From a virus (Duplodnaviria > Caudoviricetes), in IMG/VR virus record IMGVR_UViG_3300049794_000047: a DNA stretch of 64,000 nucleotides. The stretch is one strand, 5' to 3'. Numbering within the stretch: position 1 is the stretch's first letter; the number at the start of each line of letters is the position of its first letter. A program made the translations under genes and the position numbers. The notes below the pieces were generated by a model that was given only the letters and a program-made list of their open reading frames with translations, was not told where the DNA came from and did not search any database. This document shows positions 10,339-21,151 of the stretch, in pieces.

Positions 10339-13300
10339 GAAGCTTGCGCAGTAATTCGAGGTTCGACATCTGCACCATGACGGGATGTCTCTCTCGTAGC
10401 TTGATCGAGAGAACTACGTCGAAGGGTCTGTGACCGGGTCAAAAAGACGTTTTGTCCCGAGCCAAGACCTCTTGACGCTCCCTGCTGCTTGGTCACCGCT
10501 CGTCGCGCTGACGCTTGAGCCAGCGCAGGCGGTGCTTCTTGATGACGTTCTCCCTGAAGTGCGCGACGAAGGTCTCGCGGCCGGTGATGAAGTCCGCATC
10601 GACGAGGCTCTGCGTGACCTGCTCGTCGGAGCGACCGAACCGCTGCTGCTCGGCGGCGAGGTAATCGCGCGCGACGGAGGGTGCCCGTCCCCCATCGTGG
10701 CGGCGCTGGTGGACCAGTTGATACTCGTAGACCGCAACGTGCGCGTTCAGCGTCTCGGCACAGTCCAGGAGCAGTCCGCCCTGGCGATGCCAGTGCACTG
10801 GCAGTGGACCGAGTTGCTCGTCGAGGGTGTCGACGAGCGCGAGGTCGCCGTGCTCCGTCGCGAACTTCGCGCGCAGTCGCCTGACGACCTCCGACTGCCC
10901 GTGCCGCCCGAGTTCCCTCGGATCGGTCCAGGTCCCCCGCTCAAGGCGCCGGGCGAGGCGGAAGACGTCCAGCGCCTCGCTCTCCAGCGCGTCCACGAGC
11001 TTGAGCGCCTGCAGCCGGATCTTCTTGCTCTCCAGCTTGGACAGCTCCAGGAACATGTTGAGGGCGTCGCGCCACGTCCTGGACGGCGGCGGCGGCGGTT
11101 CGGCGGCTGGCGACTCGACGCGCCGTGTCGACGAGTTGCCCCGGCCTCGTCGGCGGGGCTTGCCCCACGTTTTCTTGCGCTTCCCTGCCACCCGGCGCGA
11201 TCATCCGACCGTCAGATCCCGGGACCAAGAAAACGCATCGGGACGCCCCACGAACGAACCGGGTGCCCGGGGCGATCCCTGATCTAGGGGCGCCCCACCT
11301 GAACTAGGGGCAGACGCTGGAGTGACTGAACAGGCGCGGGACGCTAGCCCTCCGGTTAGGGGGCATGATCACGCGATCGAGAGGCACGCAGGCGTTCTGA
11401 GGCAACGCCCCGCGAGATGCAAACCTCGCTCGAGAAGATCCGTGAGCTCCATGTTCAGGACTGGGATCGCCCCTGGCCAGGCGCGAATTTTGGCAAGGTG
11501 CTGGTAGGGCGGGCGATCAATGCAGCCCTCGCGGAGTTTCGCGCGCCGAAGAAGGGATAGCCTGCCCGTTCAAGGGCGGCCACGAGAACGAAAGCGCGCC
11601 GTCCCCCCCGGGAGCTGCCTGGCGCCTGGCACCGCCCTTCGATCAGAACAGCATGCTGGAGATCTTGTGCTCGATTTTCGCGAGGCGCCCTGCAAGATCT
11701 TCCACGTGCCTCTCGTAGTTGTATGGCGGCAGCGTGTATCCGCGCTCACGGGAGCGATTGCCGCTCCAACTGTTCAAAAGAGCCTGTCGCCGCTCGGCGT
11801 TGAAGCTGCTGCCGGGAAGGACCCACACGTTCGCATCGCCCATACTCCAGACCTGGCGCAGCCCCCGTCCGTGTGGATCGGGAAACTCCTCCTCGAGCGT
11901 TGGCGAGGGTACGGCGAGTTTCTCCACTTCACGCCATGCCATGCGCGCGCGGGCGTGCTCGTCGCGGGCGACGGCGAGCTCAGCGCGCAGCTTCGATCGC
12001 GTCTTCGCCGCGGAAACGGCACTCTTGAGTCGAGACTGTACCTCCATTGTCTCACCTTTCGCGCACCCCGATCCGATGTTCGCGCGCCGCCCGTTGGACA
12101 GCTCGACGTCCATGTGGATCTCGTGCTCGTGGCAGCAGCGATCGCACGGGCGAAGATCGCCCGATCCGGGCACGGGCACCCAGCGGTCGTCGATCTCGAT
12201 GCGATCCCCGCGTGTCGCGCACGTCGATGATGCGCGAAATAGTCGGAATCGTTGGCAACTTGGTCACCACGACGGCCTCAGTGCGTCTTTTCCCAGTGAT
12301 CGCGTGCACGCTCCCACATATCGAGCTGACGCGAGTCTTTAACCTCGTCCATGTACCAGGGGAGCCCAGGAAATTCGGCCTTCCAGGCGCTGATCTCTTT
12401 CTCGTGTGCGCTCAGACGCGGACGTCTGGCCGCATGCGCGCCGAGCAGCGCGAGACCGATGCCCGCCAGACCAACACCACCGAGCATCCACGGCGCGATC
12501 GAGCGTCCAGAGGGTTCGGAGGCTTCTGTCCCGATGTGCGGGCGAGAGCCGTACTGACCGCGCTCGTTCGTGAACGCCATGGATCGAGTCTACCTCGGGT
12601 GTCCTATGATCAGAAGGGCACCCCTCACGTCGCCCCCCCCACAACGACGGTTACAGCCCCCGATCGGCGACCTCCGTCAGCCGCCGCTGCCCCAGGGTAC
12701 CTACATGGACCTTCAGTTGTCGACGACCAGCGTGATGCCTTGCATGCCGTTCCATGGGTACGGCGGCTTGTCACGCCATATGTTATCGGGGGGCACCTGA
12801 ATTTTTGCCGCTAGTTCATCAAGGTACCCTTGTGCGCCCTCGAGCGAGGGGGCGCCCGTCGTGTGGTGCATCTTGCTGCGCAGCCTGACGGCCCGGACAG
12901 CGGCAACGTCTTGCACGGGTTCGGGTGGTGGAGCTTCCTCAAAGAAGGCCACGTGATACGTCCCGGCCTCCACGTGGTGGAGGATCATGAGGACGTCGAG
13001 TGCTGCCGCTGTGTACGTGCCCTCACCGTTACTGATCAACATGGATTTTCTCCCAGTTCAAAGATCGAGACAGTCATCGTGGCGCCTTGTTACGTATTCC
13101 GTTGAGGAGCGCAGAGCGTGCGTTGCTCCACGCGACAGCGCACTGTGCAAAAGTCTGCCGCCCTCTTGCAGGCGAACAGCAAACTTTTGTTGTCCGTTTC
13201 GCGTTTCGAGCGCATGCCTCTCTACCTGGTCGCTCTGCGCCAGGGTCAGCATATCGACGGTGGCGTGCTCGGTGAAGATCACAACCCCACCGCCCTCTCT

Positions 13301-13862
13301 GCCAGCACGAACCGGCGCTGCGTGCCAGGAATCTGCTGACCGTGCACCCACAACGGGTCGCCGGGTGCGAGCTCGAGCGTGAGCATCGGCTGGGGCTCGG
13401 CCACGCCGGGGGTGATCGCGATGATGGGTCGGCCGTCAGGCAGGATGTACTTGGTGCGGGTCATAAGCCAACTCAGCTGTCCGAGGGGCGTGCAGTTGCA
13501 GCCGTGATGGCTCTCCGACACAGTGCCTCAAGTCCTGACCGTGTGTGAGGCAATCGCAACAACCGACGACGGCGCAGGATGTTTCGCGCTCGGCTGTAAG
13601 AGCCAAAGGACACAGTATCCGCATCGCTGGCATCGAGTTCACCGATCTTTGGATCGAAGAACAAGTCAGGGCGCCCGCAGGGCGCCCGCAGGGCGTGAGT
13701 AACCGTCGTGAGATCGACATTGCGGCCAACTCGTAGGCTTGATAGCGTTTCGTTTCTCGATGGGAGGCCCCTTCGTTGTCCAGGCCAAACAGCACCAGAC
13801 CGATGTTTCGGCGTGGCACCGTGAGCAAGTGACCGATCTCATGCGCCGGCCACTACAGGTTA

Positions 13863-13948
13863 GGGGCTGGACTTTATTAACTTGGTCATTTGAACGATTC
13901 CCCGACGAAGATCCACCAGAAATGACCAGGTTATTTCGTTCCAGCCCC
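13863..13948 (-). mobile_element. 86-bp MITE copy 3
   Basis: TIRs plus TTA duplication. Confidence 0.9.
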
Positions 13949-14852
13949 TTACCGCTTGCTCGCGTTCAGAATGGCGACACAGCGCGCACGCGCTTCGGCC
14001 CGTTCCGCGAGTTGCTTTGGGCTCGTGTCATACGTCACGCGCATCGCGGCGATACACCATGCCTTGGTGTTGAGCGAGGAGAGCGGGGGGCTACCAAGCG
14101 CGAGGATTTGCTCGTCGGTGATCGTCTCGGCAGTGACAGTACCCTTGAACCGTGCGGGATGAGAGGCCGGGTCGTTAAGGCGCGGACAAGGCTGGTAGAT
14201 CGGCACGCGGCGCTTGCCATGCAACTCATCCACGATTCGATGGCCCTTGACGGTCAGCCGTGCATGACAGACACCGCAGCGCATCTACTTGCGCTCCTGG
14301 GCGGGCCAGTCCGTGCGCGCTGCCAACGGCTTTGTACACGTCGTAGAATTCTGCCGGGATGATGTTGTTGACGATGCGCGCTGACCCGAGGCACACGCCG
14401 TACTCTTCAGTACGTTGGATGTCAACCGAATAGGTGTGATTCATACAGTGCTCCAAGGGAGCAACCAAGCCACCCTGGGTAGTTCAGTACCCGTGTCTCT
14501 GGGCCCCTGGGAAGAAACGACCATGGTCAACTCGCTCCGAACTTTGCTCCCGGCGCGAAGGCCAGGAACGCGTCGATCATCGCGATGTGGCGGGCCACTG
14601 GATCCGGGCTGGCCCATTCGGGCGGCACCGTGTAGCAGTCGTTGTCGGTCAGGCACGAATCCTCAAGGTACGCGTGACCTGCCCAGATGACCGCGTCCCA
14701 GCCAAGATCACGACAGTGCTGCTCGTACCACTCGACGATGACGGCGGCGTTCCCGCTAAACACCTTGGCACGCCCAAGGCCAGGCCCCTCAGCGTCAGGA
14801 TTGCCGACGAGCGGAAACGCTTCGAAGTGCGAGTAGAGACACAGATCGTGAC

Positions 14853-15251
14853 TCATGGAATCGCCACGTTACGGGAGGATCCGTGGAGACCGTGGCGCTG
14901 GAGCAGTCGTCGAAAGTTGGTGCGATCGAGGCCGGAGAGACGTGCCCCCGCGGAAACCGAGCCCCCTGCGCGCTCCATCACGCGAACAAGGTAATGGCGC
15001 TCGAACTCGGCCGCCGCGAGGCGCTTGGCCTCGGTGAGTGGCATCGCCAGCAACGTGTCGACATCGTCGAGCTTCGAGACCAAGGCAGACGTATCTGCGT
15101 CGATGTTGGCGGCCTGATCGGCGGCGGCGATGCTGGCGGCCTGATCGGCGGCGTCGATGCTGGCGACTTGATCGGCGGCGTCGATGCTGGCGACTTGATC
15201 GGCGGCGTCGATGCTGGCGACCTGGTCGGCGGAGATAACGAGCTGCTGCAT
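14853..15251 (-). CDS. Fis-type (HTH_8) DNA-binding protein with N-terminal 9-aa tandem repeats
   Basis: FERHYLVRVMERAGGSVSAGARLSGLDRTNFRRLLQRHGL; about 5 ADQVASIDA units. Confidence 0.75.
   Translation of the reverse strand: MQQLVISADQVASIDAADQVASIDAADQVASIDAADQAASIAAADQAANIDADTSALVSKLDDVDTLLAMPLTEAKRLAAAEFERHYLVRVMERAGGSVSAGARLSGLDRTNFRRLLQRHGLHGSSRNVAIP
15097..15232. repeat. 27-bp tandem repeat, about 5 copies
   Basis: GCGTCGATGCTGGCGACTTGATCGGCG units. Confidence 0.9.
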
Positions 15252-15427
15252 GCCGATAGACCTTGCGTTTCGCGTGCCGATCCACGCGGGGATGCAAGTC
15301 CGTGATCACAAAACCCCGGGTAGCTTCGCACCCGTGTCTGGCACTCCACACGGAGCTGCCTTTCTGTTCACAGTGCGTTGCATAATCAGCGGCCTGTCGC
15401 AAAAGCGCTCGATTGCAAAGTATGTGG

Positions 15428-15457
15428 TTGACAGGCGTTCGGATGTGAACGTAGGGT
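15428..15457 (+). promoter_or_regulatory. Sigma70-like promoter upstream of the RHH-VapE-cas12 cluster
   Basis: TTGACA-18 nt-TAGGGT with a CGTTC-N6-GAACG inverted repeat in the spacer. Confidence 0.55.
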
Positions 15458-15466
15458 GCAGCCCTG

Positions 15467-15634
15467 ATGGTTGCCACAAAGGACAAACAAGGCTTGGCCG
15501 TGCTCGTCCAGGTAAAGATCAACCGACGCGCGGCTCACCTCCTCCGCAAGCGCGCGAAACGTGCCCTGCGTACACAGGCGAGCTACCTCCGCGCTCTCAT
15601 CTACCGCGACCTCGGACTCATTGAGGCCGATTAA
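15467..15634 (+). CDS. Small ribbon-helix-helix-like regulator (55 aa; absent from the ORF track)
   Basis: MVATKDKQGLAVLVQVKINRRAAHLLRKRAKRALRTQASYLRALIYRDLGLIEAD*: alternating beta strand followed by two helices. Confidence 0.6.
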   Translation: MVATKDKQGLAVLVQVKINRRAAHLLRKRAKRALRTQASYLRALIYRDLGLIEAD

Positions 15635-15720
15635 GGGGCTGGAACGAAATAACCTGGTCATTTCTGGTGGATCTTCGTCGGGGAATCGTTCAAATGACCA
15701 AGTTAATAAAGTCCAGCCCC
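15635..15720 (+). mobile_element. 86-bp MITE copy 4
   Basis: TIRs; TAA duplication at the stop codon of the RHH ORF. Confidence 0.9.
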
Positions 15721-15766
15721 TAAGAGTGTTTCGCCCTCGATGAACTGAACCTGGAGAAGCTCTCCC

Positions 15767-16453
15767 ATGACAGTTACTCAGCAAAAGGAAGCCCACAAGT
15801 CTGTAACCGACTACCTTGCCTTCATCGTGTGGGACGGTAGGCCGCGACTCGATCGCTGGCTCATCGATTACGCGGGCGCAGAGGACTCGACGCACGTCCG
15901 CATGGCGTCGCGTGTGATGCTCGTCGCGGCCGTCCGACGCGCGCGACATCCCGGGTGCCGGTTCGACCAGATGCCGGTGCTTGAGGGTCCACAGGGCTGC
16001 GGCAAGTCGAGCGCTCTCCGTGTTCTTGCCGTCGAGGCCTCTTGGTTCACCGACGAGTTTCCGTTCAATGCATCGGGGATGGCGGATGCAACCGCAGGAA
16101 AATGGATCGTCGAGGTGAACGCGTTAAATCTGTTCGATGCCGAGGCACTCAAGGCGATCTTGTCGCGAGGATACGATGCCCGCCTCAGGCCCTACACCCA
16201 CACGGGCACGCAGTTTATGCAGGTGCCGCGACAGTTCGTGCTCATTGGGACCATGAACCTGTCGCCGGTGTCTGGCTACCTCCGTGAGTCGTCAGAAAAC
16301 AGGCGCTTCTGTCCCGTACGGGTGCAGCGCTTCAATCTCGAGAAACTCCGGGCCGACCGCGATCAACTCTGGGCGGAAGCCGTGCACGTCGAGGTGTCAG
16401 GCGGGTCAGTCCGCGTCGCGAATGCTGTTGCTGGATCCCACGTGGAAGGATAA
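15767..16453 (+). CDS. VapE/virulence-associated-E family P-loop ATPase domain (no primase domain)
   Basis: AAVRRARHPGCRFDQMPVLEGPQGCGKS (Walker A), WFTD, KWIVEV, RPY, PRQFVLIGTMN, NRRFCPV, RDQLWAEA. Confidence 0.85.
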   Translation: MTVTQQKEAHKSVTDYLAFIVWDGRPRLDRWLIDYAGAEDSTHVRMASRVMLVAAVRRARHPGCRFDQMPVLEGPQGCGKSSALRVLAVEASWFTDEFPFNASGMADATAGKWIVEVNALNLFDAEALKAILSRGYDARLRPYTHTGTQFMQVPRQFVLIGTMNLSPVSGYLRESSENRRFCPVRVQRFNLEKLRADRDQLWAEAVHVEVSGGSVRVANAVAGSHVEG

Positions 16454-16457
16454 GAGG

Positions 16458-18572
16458 ATGCTCGACAATACGACCGACACGACCGCCGCCGACACGACCT
16501 CCGCCAGTACTACAACCATTCCGCCAAAAGCGCTCAAGAAGCGCGCCCGCAAGACCTCGACCAAGCCTACACGGATCTACAGCTATCGGATCTTGCCTCC
16601 TGAGGATCCAGAGCACCGGAGGCTGGTCGTCGAGCAGTTCTGGCTGGCGCACCAGTACCGTTGCCGGCTGACCGAGATCGAGATCGAGCAGCGCAGCCGC
16701 TTCCGTGCAATCGACCTGGATCACCCGCTCACGCGCGAAGCGACCTCCCACTGGGAGGCGCAGAGCGCGGCGCTCGACGCGACCTATGCGGCGCTGCGCG
16801 CAGCAAAGGCTGGCCGCGCCCCCGAGCATCGCGACGATGAAGCGATCAAGCAGCATCTGAGGTCGCTGAAGGGGGCCTGCACCAAGGCATGGCGTGACGT
16901 CAAGGCAGCGCGCGCACAGCCCGAGGTGAAGGCCCACCATCAGCCGCGCTACGCCGCGGCTCGAGAGACGACCGCTGAGCAACGCCTCGCCGCGCGAGCG
17001 TCGTTCTCTGCCAGAGGTCTGATGCACGGCACGTACATGTGCATCGAGCACGCCGTGGAACGATCCGTCGACTCGACGGGGCGCCCTCCAAAATTCCTTC
17101 GTTATGAGGGCGAGGGTTCGATTGGGCGCCAGTTGCCACGGACGCGAGACAAGAACGATCGGCTCTACAGCATTACGGCAGATGACCTCTACTCCGGGGA
17201 CGACAGTCGCGTGCGGATGACACCCCTGCCCGTGGGCTGGGAGCAATTGGCGCGGACCGCGCGGCGCCGGATCGCCAAGCCGTACCGTGGGCACGCCAAA
17301 CGTCAGCGTCACGGCGACAGTTGGCAGGAGATCCCGGCCCGCCTCAACGGTCAATACCTCGAGATGCAGTTCGGCTGGGGTCCGGCGAAGCGGCCAAGCG
17401 CCTGGATCCGTTTCCCCCTCACGCACCATCGCCGGATGCCCGAGGACGCCGAGATCTTGTGGGTGTACGTCCACCGCTGGCGCGTCGGGATCCACTACGA
17501 GTGGCGGGTGCAGCTCACAATCGAGAGTGAGACGTTTCACCGGCCACAGGTCCCGATCGCGGTCGGTGGCACCTGCGCGATCGACATTGGCTGGCGACGA
17601 ATCTTCGACACGGACGGAAGTCAGATCGGCCTGCGCGTGGCCTACCTGGTCGACGAGCATGGGCAGGAGCGCGAGATCCGCGCGCCGGACGGTCTCTGGC
17701 AGCGGCTTGCGAAGATTTACTCGATCGCGCAGATCCGCTCTCGAGAGCTCGATGCTGCACGCGATCGCCTGGTCGTCTGGATCAGCGATCGGCCGTTGCC
17801 CCCATGGTTCACCGACCGCGCCAAGGGGCTCGCGATGTGGCGAGCGCCGCGCAAAATGCAACGTCTCATTGACACCTGGCAGCGGGAGGAGAATCGTTTC
17901 GAGGACGACGCGGCGGCGCTCACCATGCTCCAGGCCTGGGCGAAGCACGATCGGCACCTCGGGAACTGGGAAGCCCACATGCGCGATCGAACGATCGCCC
18001 ACCGGCGCGAGGTGTGGCGTCAGGTCGCCGCTGAATTGGCACGCACGTACCAGACGATCCTCGTCGAGGACGGGCTGTGCCGATCGGAGGGCCGCGAGCG
18101 CCAGATGAAGATTGTGGACATCGAGGGTTGGGACAAACGTCCCCCAGAGGAGGGCGACCCGCACGAGGGGCGCGAGCAGCGTCGTCAGTCGCGGATGGCC
18201 GCGCCCGGTGAGCTGCGCCTGGCCATCTCTCACGCGACCCACAAGACTGCGTCCACTGTGATCGATGTGGCGCGAAGCAAGAAGTCGACGCGCGAGTGCT
18301 CCTGGTGCGGACACGATCAAGAGCACGCCAACTTTGCGGTCTCGATTGAGATCCAGTGTGAGGGCTGTGGGCGCAGTTGGGATCAGGACGCGAATGCAGC
18401 CCGCAATCTCCTGCACCACCGCGGTCTGACGAGTGGACAGGTACCACCGATCCCTACGAGCGGTCCTGTGCTACTCCTTGACGGGCAGGCGCGCGCACAA
18501 GGCAAACGGGGGAAACGACGCGGCGATGCAGGTAGAGGGCGTCGGCGGGAGGTTAGAGAGACGACCGTTTGA
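16458..18572 (+). CDS. cas12: Compact type V CRISPR effector, Cas12m (V-M/V-U1)-like, TnpB-derived, 704 aa
   Basis: RuvC-I AIDIGWR, RuvC-II ILVED, AAPGELR, Zn finger CSWC..CEGC, RuvC-III DQDANAARN; N-terminal EQFWLAH, RYEGEGSIGRQL and HRRMPEDAEI resemble Cas12m as I recall it. ATG follows GAAGGATAAGAGG; the CRISPR array starts 60 bp downstream. Confidence 0.85.
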   Translation: MLDNTTDTTAADTTSASTTTIPPKALKKRARKTSTKPTRIYSYRILPPEDPEHRRLVVEQFWLAHQYRCRLTEIEIEQRSRFRAIDLDHPLTREATSHWEAQSAALDATYAALRAAKAGRAPEHRDDEAIKQHLRSLKGACTKAWRDVKAARAQPEVKAHHQPRYAAARETTAEQRLAARASFSARGLMHGTYMCIEHAVERSVDSTGRPPKFLRYEGEGSIGRQLPRTRDKNDRLYSITADDLYSGDDSRVRMTPLPVGWEQLARTARRRIAKPYRGHAKRQRHGDSWQEIPARLNGQYLEMQFGWGPAKRPSAWIRFPLTHHRRMPEDAEILWVYVHRWRVGIHYEWRVQLTIESETFHRPQVPIAVGGTCAIDIGWRRIFDTDGSQIGLRVAYLVDEHGQEREIRAPDGLWQRLAKIYSIAQIRSRELDAARDRLVVWISDRPLPPWFTDRAKGLAMWRAPRKMQRLIDTWQREENRFEDDAAALTMLQAWAKHDRHLGNWEAHMRDRTIAHRREVWRQVAAELARTYQTILVEDGLCRSEGRERQMKIVDIEGWDKRPPEEGDPHEGREQRRQSRMAAPGELRLAISHATHKTASTVIDVARSKKSTRECSWCGHDQEHANFAVSIEIQCEGCGRSWDQDANAARNLLHHRGLTSGQVPPIPTSGPVLLLDGQARAQGKRGKRRGDAGRGRRREVRETTV

Positions 18573-18632
18573 AGGAGGTGCTCGCGATCAGGGATGTGAG
18601 GTCGCGCGATGATAATTGAATAGTGATTGACT
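18573..18632 (+). promoter_or_regulatory. CRISPR leader 1
   Basis: GGTGCTCGCGATCA...ATGATAATTGAATAG..GACT; homologous to the leader at about 23267-23332 and partly to 22187-22248. Confidence 0.75.
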
Positions 18633-19471
18633 GTGATGGAGCTTGCCCGAGCGGTTGACGTTCGGGACGCGTCGCGCTGCCGATTCACAGCGACGGCGGG
18701 GGATAGAGCTTGCCCGAGCGGTTGACGTTCGGGACCTGCGATAGTCGCCCACACGCAGGCGGCTGCAGGCGGTGATAGAGCTTGCCCGAGCGGTTGACGT
18801 TCGGGACCGCATAGCATGTCTGGCACACGGACCTGCGCGCACCGGGTGATAGAACTTGCCCGAGCGGTTGACGTTCGGGACGGTGAGCCGATCCCACGGA
18901 TCCACGTCGCGCCGCGGAGGTGATAGAGCTTGCCCGAGCGGTTGACGTTCGGGACTCGTGCCAGATCGAGAGACCATCGTGTGATAGAGCTTGCCCGAAC
19001 GGTTGACGTTCGGGACTCCGGCTCGTCTCCGTAGCGGACGTACACTGTGCTTAGAGCTTGCCTGAGCGGTTGACGTTCGGGACGAACGCGGTCAGGCGTG
19101 CCGACGGCGGGTACGAGATGTTTGCCCGAGCGGTTGACGTTCGGGACTCCGGCGAAAGAATCTTCCTGGGAGTCTGCCCGAGCGGTTGACGTTTTGGGAC
19201 CTGACCACGTCCACGAAGCCGCGTGATTGAGCCTGCCCGAGGGGTCGACGTTCGGGACTGTCAGTGCGAAACTCATGCTGTCCGCAGGATGCACGTGCTG
19301 GAACTTACCAAGCGGTCGTCAGCCCCTGCGCGCGGTTCTATGCTTCGGGTTGATGGGAGGTGCCCGCACAAGATAAGCACAGGGAACAACACAGCTTTGC
19401 AGGGAAAGGTGGCTATGGATCTGGCCGATCTGGGAGTGATGGAGCCTGCCCAAACGGTTGACGTTCGGGAC
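18633..19471 (+). CRISPR. CRISPR array 1 (about 10 repeats, a degenerate tail, and one further repeat at 19436-19471)
   Basis: 36-nt repeat GTGATRGAGCTTGCCCGAGCGGTTGACGTTCGGGAC; spacers 19-38 nt; decays toward the 3' end. Confidence 0.95.
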
Positions 19472-19509
19472 GACGCGGACCCGCGCGCATCACGACGTCC
19501 GCGAGCTGT

Positions 19510-19804
19510 CGGCCGACTGACCAGCAAGGAGCAGAGGGCCGTGCGGACGGCGCTGCGGTTCCTGCGGCTGCGCGTCGGCGCCTGGGGGCCGCTGGCGAAG
19601 GCCCTGCGGTACGAGTGGGACAGCATCCAGAAGGTCGCCACCGGCAAGCGGGCCGTTACCCCAGCGCTCGCGCTGCGGGTGGCGCGGTTCGCCGGGATCC
19701 CCATGGACGAGCTGCTCGCGGGGCAGTGGCTCTCGGCACGGGTCTGCCCGCACTGCGGCCACCCGCCCGAGGACTTCGTCGACGAGGAGACGATGGTCGA
19801 GTAG
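19510..19804 (+). pseudogene. IS-associated HTH gene remnant fused to a CRISPR spacer
   Basis: Near-identical to 33215-33511; followed by end motif AAGGCAACGAAAT. Confidence 0.7.
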
Positions 19805-19849
19805 GTCAAGGCAACGAAATTGGAGCAGTGAGGTCGTTTCGTACCTGAC

Positions 19850-21151
19850 GTGATAGAATCGAGCGAATCACGTTCTGGAGATCCCATGATCAATCGCCTC
19901 GGACTCTACCGACCCCTCCGCCTCCCGCTGCCGATGTCGAACGGGTTTAACATCCTGCCGACGCAGACGGCACAGATCACCGTCCATCCACAGACGAACA
20001 AGTTCTACCCGGAGCGCCTCCTGATCAAGGAGGCCGCTCACTGGAAGATCGACGCGATCCGCGTCGGGGATCGAGACAGTGCCCTCGTCCAGAATCTCCC
20101 AGGGTCGATGTTCGCGCCCGACGCACCGGGGCGCTTCCCGGGTTGCGGCGAGATCGAGATCCCGCCCGGCGGAGAACTGATTGTCGGGGTGACATACACC
20201 GGCCTCCGCGAGGCCGGAATCCCTTTCGAGGCGTGCGTGTTCGGATCCGACGATCGGACGACGATGCCGGTCGCATCGACCTCTCGCCGGGGGGAAAAGA
20301 AGATCGCAACGGCGCGGAGCGAACGCTCGATACCGCACAACCGCTCAACGAAGCTGTCCACGGATCCGATGAAGCGCGATGCGTGGCCGAGTCGTCTCGT
20401 GATCAAGGACGCCTCCGACTGGGTCGTCAACGACGTCCGCGTAGGCAAGGTGTCGATCTTCGCGCAGGCCGGGGACGTCCCAGGAAGCATGTTCTCCGAG
20501 GACGCCAAGAACGCGGGGTCCGCGATCTGCCTGGGGCGCCTGGTCGCCGGAGACAAGTTCTCGGTCATCGCGACGTACATGGGAACCGCGTCCGACGCTG
20601 AGTTTGTGTACGAACTCTACGAAACCCATGCCGAATCCGAAGCTGCCGACCTTCCAATCGCAGTGATCCTGCCGATGTCGACGGGAATCCCGATCCTGCC
20701 GAGCACGTCGGCGCAGATCACGGGCCGATGCCAACCACCGGATGGCTACTTTCGTGGGATTGGTCCCCGCCAGGGCTTCATAGCCGAGCGGATCGTCGTC
20801 GAAGGAGGCGCTGACTGGGTCTTCAACGATGTCAGGATTGGGCGCACGTCGCAATTCGCGCAGGTCGGGGACGTCCCAGGTCTCGCGTTCAGTTCCGGGA
20901 CCCTGGGAGGCGCGGTGTCCTTCGACGCTGCGCAGGCCGGGATCGACGTCGCCATCGTGACGACTCACATCGGACCTTGCGAGGTCGGAGCTGCCTTCGT
21001 CTGCGGAATCCTGGGTAGCCTCGTCGACCTGGCTGAGGTCGACACGTCGCCCAGACGCGGCCGGATCCTGTCAGCCCAGCGAGTCGACTTGTTCAGGCGC
21101 GAGCCCCGTGCCGTCATACTCGACGACCACGCCACGGCGCTGGAGCGATGA
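19850..21151 (+). CDS. Uncharacterised protein with three tandem RPQ-PERL repeat domains
   Basis: ILPTQTAQITVHPQ..FYPERLLIK; DWVVNDVRVGKVSIFAQAGDVPG; DWVFNDVRIGRTSQFAQVGDVPG. Confidence 0.7.
   Translation: MIESSESRSGDPMINRLGLYRPLRLPLPMSNGFNILPTQTAQITVHPQTNKFYPERLLIKEAAHWKIDAIRVGDRDSALVQNLPGSMFAPDAPGRFPGCGEIEIPPGGELIVGVTYTGLREAGIPFEACVFGSDDRTTMPVASTSRRGEKKIATARSERSIPHNRSTKLSTDPMKRDAWPSRLVIKDASDWVVNDVRVGKVSIFAQAGDVPGSMFSEDAKNAGSAICLGRLVAGDKFSVIATYMGTASDAEFVYELYETHAESEAADLPIAVILPMSTGIPILPSTSAQITGRCQPPDGYFRGIGPRQGFIAERIVVEGGADWVFNDVRIGRTSQFAQVGDVPGLAFSSGTLGGAVSFDAAQAGIDVAIVTTHIGPCEVGAAFVCGILGSLVDLAEVDTSPRRGRILSAQRVDLFRREPRAVILDDHATALER

Noticed and set aside
11278-11311. CCTGANCTAGGGGC direct repeat resembling the MITE end
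   Set aside because: Lacks CTGGA and the element body; insufficient support.
16332-18419. 695-aa antisense ORF
   Set aside because: GC-rich shadow of cas12 with no motifs.
15767-18572. CRISPR-associated transposon (Cas12k/TnsC)
   Set aside because: The ATPase motifs are VapE-type, and no TnsB or TniQ was seen.
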